From NCBI GenBank assembly GCA_040752415.1, contig JBFMGU010000218.1, positions 1 to 17,562 on the forward strand: DNA of 17,562 nt. The letters are read 5' to 3'. How positions within the stretch are numbered: position 1 is the stretch's first letter; every line of letters begins with the position of its first letter. The notes below the pieces were generated by a model, which worked only from the letters and a program-made list of their open reading frames with translations, ran no database searches and had not been told where the DNA came from. The position numbers and the translations under genes are program-made. Below, in pieces: positions 1-8,471 of the stretch. The DNA is from Myxococcota bacterium (GTDB taxonomy: Bacteria > Myxococcota > JACRCW01).

Positions 1-296
1 CCGCCTTCCGGAGCACAGATGCCGCAGCTCTCATTGCAGCAGTACTCGTCCACGCCGCAGGTGTTCTCTCCGCAGCTTTCGCCCGCCACGCACGCGCAGG
101 TCTCGTCGTCCCAGACGTAGCCGGAGGCGCACTCGCGCGTGACCTGGCAGCGACCCGGGCAATCCGGCGGCAGCGTGCACTTCTCCACGCAGCCCTCTCC
201 CGCGCGGCATGGCTCACACGTGGGCGCGCAGGATGTGACGTCGTCACCGGTGGTGGCCGCGAGCAACGCGCACAGCGCCAGGGCAGCGGACGTCAT
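1..296 (-). CDS. Cys-rich secreted protein, N-terminal part (runs off the left edge)
   Basis: Not in the ORF track. Manual translation from ATG 296: MTSAALALCALLAATTGDDVTSCAPTCEPCRAGEGCVEKCTLPPDCPGRCQVTRECASGYVWDDETCACVAGESCGENTCGVDEYCCNESCGICAPEG. No stop, strong GC3 bias, hydrophobic N-terminus, 17 Cys in 98 aa. Start codon is a best guess. Confidence 0.8.
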   Translation of the reverse strand, partial: MTSAALALCALLAATTGDDVTSCAPTCEPCRAGEGCVEKCTLPPDCPGRCQVTRECASGYVWDDETCACVAGESCGENTCGVDEYCCNESCGICAPEG

Positions 297-502
297 GTGC
301 CGGATTCCCGTTTCCGCACCCGCGCATTCCGTGTGTTCGTGCACAGGCCCAGGTGCCCAGCGTGGTAACGGCGTGCGCGCGGAAGGGCCAGCGCGTCCGT
401 GGTGCGCGTGGTGCCTGCGCCTGGGACACGGCTGCTGTGACGACGTGGTGGCCGGCTTGCGGACCCTTGGTTACCTCGAAGTGACAACCACGGAGGATGA
501 CC

Positions 503-793
503 ATGGGCATCCTGTCTTGGATCGTGTTCGGGTTCATTGTTGGGTTGCTGGCCAGGGCAGTCATGCCAGGGAGCCAGGCCATGGGCGTGGTCATGACGAC
601 GCTGCTTGGCGTGGCGGGCTCATTCCTGGGTGGCTTTGTGGCCAGTGCATTGACGGGTGAAAGCCCCACCGTGTTCCACCCGGCCGGGGTCATTGGAAGC
701 ATCCTTGGGGCGATTGCGCTGCTGTTCATTGCCGGCGCCGTCTTTACCCGCGGTGGACGGACGGGAAGGTTCGCGGGCGGTACACGCGCGTAG
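503..793 (+). CDS. GlsB/YeaQ/YmgE family (transglycosylase-associated) stress-response membrane protein
   Basis: MGILSWIVFGFIVGLLARAVMPG...TTLLGVAGSFLGG...GVIGSILGAIALLFI is the characteristic three-helix Gly-rich pattern. GGAGG at 492-496 favours ATG 503 over ATG 497. Confidence 0.92.
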   Translation: MGILSWIVFGFIVGLLARAVMPGSQAMGVVMTTLLGVAGSFLGGFVASALTGESPTVFHPAGVIGSILGAIALLFIAGAVFTRGGRTGRFAGGTRA

Positions 794-1105
794 CTCCCGT
801 TGAAGATGCTCGGCCCGAGGCGTGTCCTCGTGCGCGTCCCACGTGGAGGTGCACGACGACCGCCTCGTGCTGTTCCGGTGCCGGTGACGCGGTGCCTGGT
901 CGCTCACCCACGTCGTGAGCCTCTTTGCCCACGAGCGCCGCGCGGCTGGTGAGCCCGCACGAAGGTGTTCCGGTTCCGTCGCCGCGCTCCGTTGTCACGG
1001 CGGGCGGTGGCGTCCGACGTTACGTCAACGGTGGCGCGGAAGCGTGCGTCATGATGCGCGTGGATCCGTGCGGAATTTCCCCTGACGCGTGATGCAGGAG
1101 AACCC

Positions 1106-3052
1106 ATGGCGGCGGATTGCCCCAGGCGGGGCGCGCGCGCGGTGTTGTGCGCGGCGTTGGTGTGCCTGGCCCTGGATGCGTGTGGCTCGCAAGGATGCCC
1201 GCATGTGGACCTCCCCGAGATCGAGGCGCCGGATGCGTCCGTTCCCTCGCTCTGGGGCACGGAAGAGCCTGTGCAGGACGTCGTGGTGGTGCAGGGAATC
1301 GTGAACCGTCGCCCCGCGGGCGGTGGCCAGCCCAGTCCCCTTCGCGGCGCCACGGTCACCATGATGGCCGACGTCGATGGGAATGGAACCTACCAGGACG
1401 GTGAGTGGTCCACCGTCTTCACCGATCGCGAAGGTCGCTATCGCGCGCAACTGCTGGTACCCGCTGGCACCCTGCTCGTCGTCACATACCGCGGGGAGGG
1501 GGTGGCACCGCTCTACCGCACCGTCACGGCCGCGCCCCGTGCGAACATCAAGCTCACCGTCACGCTGACCGAGATGCAGGTGCTGGAATGTCGGCCGGGT
1601 GCGTGCGCCATTCCGGGTCATGCGCTGCAGCTGCGCGGCGTGCCCGACGGGCTCTCAGGGAGCGCGCGCGTGTTCAATCCCGTGGAAGAGCCCAACGTCA
1701 TCCCCGGTCACCTCGAGGACGCGGAGCGTCGGGTGCTGCTCACCGCGGTGTTCGCGTTCGTGGAGCTGAAGGGTGAGGACGGGCAGGAGCTCAACACGGT
1801 GGACCCGGCGGTGGACCTGCAGATGCGCGTCCCACGTCAGAGCTGGCGGCTCCTGCGCGACATGTCACCGGGAACGCCGCGCGTGGAGGTCCCGCTGTAC
1901 CGCTTTGACGCGTGGCGAGGTCAGTGGCTGCGTGAAGGTGAAGGCTACCTGGTGGATGAGGATGGCCTGGTCCTCCCGGAGCAGAGCCTGGCCGCCATCC
2001 ACGACGGGACGTGGAGCAATGGCGTGGCCGTGCGCGGGAGCGTGGGACGGACGGGCTACTGGAATGTCGACTGGGCCGTGCCGGAGATTGGGTGTCTCAC
2101 GGGGCGCGTGTTGGGGCGGGACGGTCTTCCTGCCGAGGGCGCCACGGTGTCGGCGCGCGGCTCGGCGTACGTGGGTGCCTCGCGCGCCACGACGGTGCTG
2201 GCCGACGGCAGGTTCTGCGTGGAGGTGTTGCGCAGTGACCGCATGGGTGAGGACCTGGACCAGGATGGGTTTCCCAATGAGCGGCACCGCGTGGCCCTGC
2301 GCTTCGCGCACCGTGGGCTGGTCTATGACGCGCGAGAGCATGAGCCCTCTTCCGTCTCCGCCACATGCGGAGGTGGCTGCGCGGACCTGGGCACCATCGT
2401 CCTCTCCCAGGACAACGAGCTGGTTCCCCGCATCTGCGAGGTGCACGGCGTGTTGGTGGATCGTCGTGGGGAGCTGGCGCGGGGCGTGAGCGTCTTTGGT
2501 TGGGATGCCACGCTGGACGTGGGCCAGTGGACACTGGCGTGCTCGCTTGGCGACGTCACCTGCGAGTTCCTCACGCGCACGGACGCGGAAGGAACGTTCA
2601 TGATCCGAACCGCAATGCTGGATGAGCTCAACGTGCTGGCGGCGAGCTCCGGCACGGTGGCGACGGGACACGAGAGCGCACGCAGCGGGACCATGCTGCT
2701 GCGCAGCTGTCCTGCCGAGCCGGTTCAGCTGGTGTTGGACAGCGGGATGGATGTCTACGACGTGGACGTGCACGCGGATGGCGACGTGATCACCTGGGAG
2801 CCTCCGCTCCGTGTCACGCAGCTGGATGTGCGCATGGGCAATGGACGGGTGAAATGGTCCGTCACCGCGAATGGCCCGGGTTTCCTTCCACCGGTGAGGT
2901 ACGGCGTCGTGCCGGACGGTGCGCTGGGCTACTCCAGCAGTGACGCGGGTCCGGGTTCCCTGAGCAGTGGCGACGAGGTGGAGGTGTTCCTGGGGGGACG
3001 CGGCGAGGAGGGTTACCCGTACCAGGGCAGGGGCGAGCTGGACGTGGAGTGA
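1106..3052 (+). CDS. Putative surface lipoprotein with carboxypeptidase-regulatory/transthyretin-like beta-sandwich repeats
   Basis: AGGAG RBS upstream; signal peptide ending LALDA-C (non-canonical lipobox). Three GxVxxxxG...GATV...TDxxGxF/Y-type repeats, two DxDxD/NG loops and a central PLYRFD...GQW..EG...GYWNVD segment. Confidence 0.75.
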   Translation: MAADCPRRGARAVLCAALVCLALDACGSQGCPHVDLPEIEAPDASVPSLWGTEEPVQDVVVVQGIVNRRPAGGGQPSPLRGATVTMMADVDGNGTYQDGEWSTVFTDREGRYRAQLLVPAGTLLVVTYRGEGVAPLYRTVTAAPRANIKLTVTLTEMQVLECRPGACAIPGHALQLRGVPDGLSGSARVFNPVEEPNVIPGHLEDAERRVLLTAVFAFVELKGEDGQELNTVDPAVDLQMRVPRQSWRLLRDMSPGTPRVEVPLYRFDAWRGQWLREGEGYLVDEDGLVLPEQSLAAIHDGTWSNGVAVRGSVGRTGYWNVDWAVPEIGCLTGRVLGRDGLPAEGATVSARGSAYVGASRATTVLADGRFCVEVLRSDRMGEDLDQDGFPNERHRVALRFAHRGLVYDAREHEPSSVSATCGGGCADLGTIVLSQDNELVPRICEVHGVLVDRRGELARGVSVFGWDATLDVGQWTLACSLGDVTCEFLTRTDAEGTFMIRTAMLDELNVLAASSGTVATGHESARSGTMLLRSCPAEPVQLVLDSGMDVYDVDVHADGDVITWEPPLRVTQLDVRMGNGRVKWSVTANGPGFLPPVRYGVVPDGALGYSSSDAGPGSLSSGDEVEVFLGGRGEEGYPYQGRGELDVE

Positions 3053-3118
3053 GCGGGACGAGCGCGCGCGCCAGCTTTGGGCTGCGCGTCCTGGCGCAAG
3101 CTGCGGAGCGTGGCCTCA

Positions 3119-3465
3119 CAGCGGTTCCCGGTCAGGGTGAGCGTGAGGGCCGGTGGCGGCGTTGCCCCCCCACCCGGCCGCCTCACGATTTCACCGATTT
3201 CTAGTCGTGGCGGCCGACCTCCCCCACGGCGTGGGGAGGCGTAGATGTGCCGCCTCACGTGGTTCCTTGCGCCAGTGGGCGGCACGGGCTCAATGAGGCC
3301 TTGTGCCGCGCTGGGCTCACTGAAACACCGGGCGCGGCACATCTACGCCTCCCCACGCCGTGGGGGAGGTCGGCCGCCCCGACGAGAAATCGGTGAAATC
3401 GTGAGGCGGCCGGGTGGGGGGGCAACGTCGCCACCAGCCACATTCACCCTGACCGGGAACCGCTG
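3119..3465. repeat. Long intergenic inverted repeat (REPIN/REP-like composite element)
   Basis: 3119-3253 (135 bp) is the reverse complement of 3334-3465 (132 bp) with 6 mismatches and one 3-nt indel by manual alignment. It lies between the convergent stops at 3052 and 3476, and each arm holds its own internal hairpins. Confidence 0.93.
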
Positions 3466-3475
3466 CAGAACTGCC

Positions 3476-5311
3476 TCACGTCTCGGACTCCAGCACCAGC
3501 GCGGCGGGTCCGTCGAGGATCAGGTGGCCCTCCATGAACGCGTCGGAGGGGCGTGTTGCGCCACCAAAGCGCTCGTCCTCGCTGAAGGCCAGGATGTGCC
3601 ACTCCCCGGGCTGACCCCACGTGCGCGCGAAGCGGCCGCGCAGGTTCACCATCACCGCCATGCGCGAACCGCGGGAGCGCCGCTGCAACAAGATGGTGTG
3701 CGGACTGAGCAGGTCCACCCGGAAATCCCCCCGTCCACGACGACGACAACACGAGTGCGTGGCGCGGAGATGCAGCAGCTCCCGGTACCAGGCGAGCATC
3801 GCCGCGTGCGCGCGTGCCTCGCGCTCCTCCCAACGCAGCCGACTCCCCTCAAACGTCTCCATCGCCTGCGGATCCGGCACCACGACGTTCCTGAACGCCT
3901 CGAAGGCCTCGAACTCCTTGCGACGACCTTCCGTCACCGACCTGCCCAGCTCCCCGTGGTGGTCGGTGAAGTAGCGGAATGGCGTGGAGGCATTCCATTC
4001 CTGGCCCATGAAGATGAGCGGCGTGTACGGAGAGAGCAGGAGCAGCGCCGTTGCCGCGCGGTACAGCGCGGGGCTGATCACGTGGCCCAGCCGGTCGCCC
4101 AGCGCGCGGTTTCCCACCTGGTCATGGTTCTGCAGGCAATGGATGAGTCGCACGGGCTCCACCACGTCGGGAGCGGTACCCCTGGGCCGGCCAAGGTGCA
4201 GCGAATGCTGCCCGGTGTAGAACCAACCGCGCTGCAGCGTCTCGACGACGTCCCGCGGACTTCCCGTGTAATCCCGGAAGTACCCGTCCTTGTCACCGGC
4301 GAGCGCGCGGCGCAGCTGGTGGTGGAAGTCGTCCGCCCACAACGCATCAAGACCCAGGCCGCGCTCCGTCGTGGGCATCAGCAGCCGGACCTCGTTGCGT
4401 TCATCCTCCGCAATCACCACCACGTGACGCCCATCCCCGGCGGCGCGTGCGCGTTGGGCTACCTCGGTCAGGATGTGCACCGGGCTGTCGTCGACAATGG
4501 CGTGCGTGGCGTCGAGCCGGAGACCATCCAGGTGGAACTCGCGGATCCACATCTCCGCGTTCGCGGCGAACAGCTCTCGCACCGGCGCGGAGTCCTCGCC
4601 GTCAAAGTTGATGGCATCACCCCACGGCGTCTTGTGGCGTGAGGTGAACCACGCGGGACTGTATTGCGAGACGTAGTTCCCGTCGGGACCGAAGTGGTTG
4701 TAGACCACGTCGAGAATCACCGCGAGACCCGCGCCGTGCGCGGCGTTCACCAGGCGCTTGAGACCATCCGGGCCGCCGTAGCCGGCGTGGGGCGCGTTGA
4801 GGAACACCCCGTCGTAACCCCAGTTGCGCTGGCCAGGGAACGACGCCACCGGCATCAGCTCCAGCGCCGTGATGCCAAGCTCCAACAGGTCCGGGATGCG
4901 GGCGGCCAACGCGTCGAAGGTGCCTTCCCGCGTGGCGGCGCCAACGTGCACCTCGTAGAAGACCATGTCCGCGAGCGGGATTCCGCGCCACGCCAAGTCC
5001 GTCCACCGGAAATGCTCGTCGACAACCTGCGAGGGACCGTGCACGCCGAACGGCTGGCTGCGCGAAAACGGGTCGGGGAAGGGTCCGTTTCCGTCGAGAA
5101 GCAGCTTGTACAGCGTTCCCGCTCCGGCCTCGCGCAACTGCAGCGTGAAGAAGCCTTCGGGCTCCGGGCGCGTCTCGTGGCGACGGAGCTCCGTGGTTCC
5201 GTCCGCGGCGTAGAGGATCACGTCCACGCGCTGATGCCCGGGCGCCCAGGTGCACCACTGCACGCCTCCACCGCCCTGCCACGCTCCCATGCGCGGGACC
5301 CGTTTGCGCAT
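3476..5311 (-). CDS. treZ: Malto-oligosyltrehalose trehalohydrolase (GH13)
   Basis: Motifs NWGYDG, LDVVYNHFGPDGNY, LRLDATHAI (nucleophile Asp), IAEDERNE (acid/base Glu), LQNHDQVGNR and FMGQEW. GGAGG RBS overlaps the end of treY. Confidence 0.96.
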   Translation of the reverse strand: MRKRVPRMGAWQGGGGVQWCTWAPGHQRVDVILYAADGTTELRRHETRPEPEGFFTLQLREAGAGTLYKLLLDGNGPFPDPFSRSQPFGVHGPSQVVDEHFRWTDLAWRGIPLADMVFYEVHVGAATREGTFDALAARIPDLLELGITALELMPVASFPGQRNWGYDGVFLNAPHAGYGGPDGLKRLVNAAHGAGLAVILDVVYNHFGPDGNYVSQYSPAWFTSRHKTPWGDAINFDGEDSAPVRELFAANAEMWIREFHLDGLRLDATHAIVDDSPVHILTEVAQRARAAGDGRHVVVIAEDERNEVRLLMPTTERGLGLDALWADDFHHQLRRALAGDKDGYFRDYTGSPRDVVETLQRGWFYTGQHSLHLGRPRGTAPDVVEPVRLIHCLQNHDQVGNRALGDRLGHVISPALYRAATALLLLSPYTPLIFMGQEWNASTPFRYFTDHHGELGRSVTEGRRKEFEAFEAFRNVVVPDPQAMETFEGSRLRWEEREARAHAAMLAWYRELLHLRATHSCCRRRGRGDFRVDLLSPHTILLQRRSRGSRMAVMVNLRGRFARTWGQPGEWHILAFSEDERFGGATRPSDAFMEGHLILDGPAALVLESET

Positions 5312-5312
5312 C

Positions 5313-8300
5313 TCACCTCCCGTCGGGAATCACCCGCTCCAGGAGCGCCACCGGGAAGTCCGCCAGCACCTGGTCCAGGTCCAGCGCGCTGATGCCTTCG
5401 CGGTCGCGCGTGCTGAGCGGCTCGCCGGTGAACAGGTTGGTGAAGCGACCTTCCGCCAGCGGCAGCCAGGTGTCCGTCCAGACCGGCCCCACCGGCGCTT
5501 CCATCCTCCCTCCCGCGAGCACCGCGGTGAGACGGGGAACCAGCACCACCAACTCATGCTCACCGTGTCGACGACTGAACGCCACGACGTGGTCCGGCTG
5601 CGCTCCCAGCGCGGACAGCGGCACGTACGCGCCCAGGGGACCAAAGAGGTCCGGCAACCGTCGTCGCGTCCGCAGCGCGGTGTAGGCCACGTAGAGCTTG
5701 ATTCGCCCGTCGGTGGCGTGGCGCATGAGCTCGCGGCAGAGGTCGCGGGCGTTGGCCTTGCGGTCCAGGATCCCGTTCAACGCGCGCTGTCGCAGCGCCC
5801 AGTCGACGGGACGACGGTTGTCCGGGTCCACCAGGCTCAGGTCCCACATCTCCGTGCCCTGGTAGGTGTCCGGCACGCCGGGAGAGGTGAACTTCAGCAG
5901 GCTCTTGGAGAGCGAGGACCACATCCCGTGGAACGCCACCACGCGCGCGAGATCGTGGAAGGCCTCGCCCAGCACGTCGTCACGGCCCACCACGGCGCGC
6001 ACGAAGCCCTCCACCGCGGCGTCATATTCGGGATTCGCGTTGATCCACGACGTGTTGACCTTGGCCTCCTTGGTGGCCTTGCGCATGTACGCCACCAGCC
6101 GCTCCTCGTACGCCTTGCGCGCTTCACCCACCGGCTCTTCGAAGGGCCAGCTTCCCAGCAGCGTCTGGTAGAGCAGGTACTCCTCGTTGCGGTCCGGAGC
6201 CAGCTGCCCGTCGACGTCGACCTTGTGCGCCTCCGCGGCGCGGCTCAGCTCGGCCAGCGCGGCCGCCCACTGGTCGGGCAGCTCGCTGAGCACACTGATG
6301 CGCGCGCGCACGTCTTCACTGCGCTTGGTGTCATGCGTGGAGAGCGAGAGCATCGACGAGGGCCAGTCCCGCTGTCGCTCCGCGTTGGCGCGGTGCAGCT
6401 CCGCCACGTTGATGCCGTAACGCTCCGGCTCACCACCCACCTCGTTGAGCGAGACGAGGCGGTTGTACGCATAGAACGCGGTGTCCTCGAGACCCTTGGC
6501 CATGACCGGTCCGGTCAGCTGCTGGAAGCGCATCACGAACTCGCGCCACAGGTGGCGGTCTCCGTCGGGCACGGTGTCGGGGAGCTCCAGCGTCAGCACC
6601 GCGCGGATGAACGCGTACACGGAGGCGTCGGTGGTGGGATCCCGACGACGCGCCAGTCGGACCGCCCGCGCGATCACCATCCGATCCTGCTCGGTGACCA
6701 CCTCTTCCCGCTCGTTCACGTACGTGCGGTAGACGGGGAAGCACGCGATGACCTCGCGCAGCGCTTCCGTGAGACTGCCCAGTGTGAAGTCGCGGCTGTG
6801 ACGGTCCCGCTCGCTGAGCCGGTTGAGCGCGTGCGCCAGCACGTTGAGCTCGCTCACCAGCGACGTGCGGAGGATCAGCTTCTTCTTCTCATAGACCAAC
6901 GTCTCGAAGTCGGTGCGGAGGCCGGTGAAGCGCTCGTAGATGTCGGTCATCCGGTGCTCGCTGGTGCCGTCGACGAACACACCGGCCAGCTTGGCGGCAA
7001 ACTCGTAACCGCTGGTGCCATGCAGCGGCCAATCACCGGGCAGCTTCTCACCGCGGGACAGGATCTTCTCACCCACGACGTAGAGCGGGCGGGCCAGTCC
7101 CCCTTTCGGGAGTGCGGCCACGGCTTCCGCGAGCAGGTGGGTGAGACGCGGCACCAGCGAGGCAAAGCGTTCCCGGGTGCGGACGTCCCCGTTGGAATGG
7201 TGCCGGCGCGCGTGTTCCCGACGACACAGCTCCAGGAAGAACTGCTCCTGCAACGCGGTGAAGTAGCCGCGCGGGTCCCAGAGTCCGTCGGGGTGGTCAA
7301 TGCGCAGACCCGTGACGACGTCATCCGCCAGCAGGTTCAGCAGCAGGGCATGCGCCTGCTCGAACACCACCGGGTTCTCCATGTGGATGGCGGCAAGGTC
7401 GTTGATGTCGAAGAAGCGGCGGTAGTTGATCTCCTCGCCCGCCACGCGCCAGTAGCTCAGCCGGTACGCCTGTTCCTCGAGGAGCGCGTCCAGCTCGTCA
7501 AAGCTGCGGGGCCATCCCTTCTGTCCGTTCAGGACCACCAGCCGCTGCTGCACCGCGTCTCGCACGTCGGGGCTCTCGGCAATCAGCGTGGCCAGGCGCC
7601 GCTTCAGGATCTCCTTCTCCCGACGACGTTCCATGACCTTGGCGCGGAGGGTCTCCGTGCGCGGCGGCAGGTGGCGCAGCCCAGTGATGATGCTCTGCAG
7701 CTCCAGCACCGCGTCATGCTCCACGCCCAGCTGCTCCATCAGTGAGGGGAGGAGCGGCTCCAGGATGAGCGGATAGGTGCGCGGGTTCACCGGGAACGTG
7801 GTGGACCAGTAGCGGACCTGGAAGGCGCCTTGTTCCAGGTGCAGGCGCAGCTCACCGTTTTCCAGGACGCGGCCGTAATGCTCGCCGAGGACGGGCAGCA
7901 GGACCTTGTGACGCAGCTCCGACTTCAACGGCGTCCAGTCGATGTCGAACACCGGCGCGTAAAGGGAGCTGGGACCGTTCTCCAGCACGTCCATCCACCA
8001 CGGGTTCTCCGCCGTGTTGATGCCCATGTGATTGGGCACAAAGTCCAGCACCAGCCCCAGTCCGCGCTCGCGCAACGCGTGGCGCCACGCCTCCAGGTCC
8101 TCACGCGTGCCGATGGCCGGGTTGATGCTGTTGTGGTCCACCAGGTCATAGCCGTGCGTGCTCCCGGTGCGCGCGCGGAAGAATGGCGACGAGTACACGT
8201 CGGTGATGCCCAGCGCGTCCAGGTAGCCGGTGAGGGCCATGGCGTCGCGGAAGGTGAACGCGCCGTTGAGCTGGAGCCGGTAGGTGGCCAGCGGGGTGTG

Positions 8301-8426
8301 CAGTGTCCCCGACGAGAAACGTGCCGCCACCGCCTCGAAAATCTCCTCCGCCTCCAGCTCCTGGACGGCGGCGGGAGGACTTCCAAGCGGAGGGGTGAAG
8401 GGAGACCTGGCCACAGCCTCTTCCAT
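5313..8426 (-). CDS. treY: Malto-oligosyltrehalose synthase (GH13)
   Basis: Motifs ATYRLQL, GSTHGYD, LDFVPNHMG, INYRRFFDIN, GLRIDHPDGL, VGEKIL, STHDTKRSEDVRARI and LVDPDNRRPVD. Confidence 0.96.
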   Translation of the reverse strand: MEEAVARSPFTPPLGSPPAAVQELEAEEIFEAVAARFSSGTLHTPLATYRLQLNGAFTFRDAMALTGYLDALGITDVYSSPFFRARTGSTHGYDLVDHNSINPAIGTREDLEAWRHALRERGLGLVLDFVPNHMGINTAENPWWMDVLENGPSSLYAPVFDIDWTPLKSELRHKVLLPVLGEHYGRVLENGELRLHLEQGAFQVRYWSTTFPVNPRTYPLILEPLLPSLMEQLGVEHDAVLELQSIITGLRHLPPRTETLRAKVMERRREKEILKRRLATLIAESPDVRDAVQQRLVVLNGQKGWPRSFDELDALLEEQAYRLSYWRVAGEEINYRRFFDINDLAAIHMENPVVFEQAHALLLNLLADDVVTGLRIDHPDGLWDPRGYFTALQEQFFLELCRREHARRHHSNGDVRTRERFASLVPRLTHLLAEAVAALPKGGLARPLYVVGEKILSRGEKLPGDWPLHGTSGYEFAAKLAGVFVDGTSEHRMTDIYERFTGLRTDFETLVYEKKKLILRTSLVSELNVLAHALNRLSERDRHSRDFTLGSLTEALREVIACFPVYRTYVNEREEVVTEQDRMVIARAVRLARRRDPTTDASVYAFIRAVLTLELPDTVPDGDRHLWREFVMRFQQLTGPVMAKGLEDTAFYAYNRLVSLNEVGGEPERYGINVAELHRANAERQRDWPSSMLSLSTHDTKRSEDVRARISVLSELPDQWAAALAELSRAAEAHKVDVDGQLAPDRNEEYLLYQTLLGSWPFEEPVGEARKAYEERLVAYMRKATKEAKVNTSWINANPEYDAAVEGFVRAVVGRDDVLGEAFHDLARVVAFHGMWSSLSKSLLKFTSPGVPDTYQGTEMWDLSLVDPDNRRPVDWALRQRALNGILDRKANARDLCRELMRHATDGRIKLYVAYTALRTRRRLPDLFGPLGAYVPLSALGAQPDHVVAFSRRHGEHELVVLVPRLTAVLAGGRMEAPVGPVWTDTWLPLAEGRFTNLFTGEPLSTRDREGISALDLDQVLADFPVALLERVIPDGR

Positions 8427-8471
8427 GGGAAGCCGCCTTCCTCGGAGTGTGATGTAACGAGGGAGAACGCC

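Noticed and set aside
3013..3443. ORFs sharing the peptide RHIYASPRRGGGRPPR on opposite strands
   Set aside because: Artefact of translating the two arms of the inverted repeat.
3113..3479. GCCTCAC on both sides of the palindrome as a target-site duplication, or the element as a CRISPR array
   Set aside because: The copies are not flush with the repeat ends and the heptamer also occurs internally. The repeats are inverted, with no direct repeat-spacer periodicity and no cas genes.
5250..7745. 831-aa plus-strand ORF, and similar long ORFs at 3245-4642, 7830-8858, 8892-9920 and 10597-11643
   Set aside because: Antisense shadows of well-supported treZ, treY, glgX and monooxygenase genes; expected in high-GC DNA and lacking recognisable motifs.
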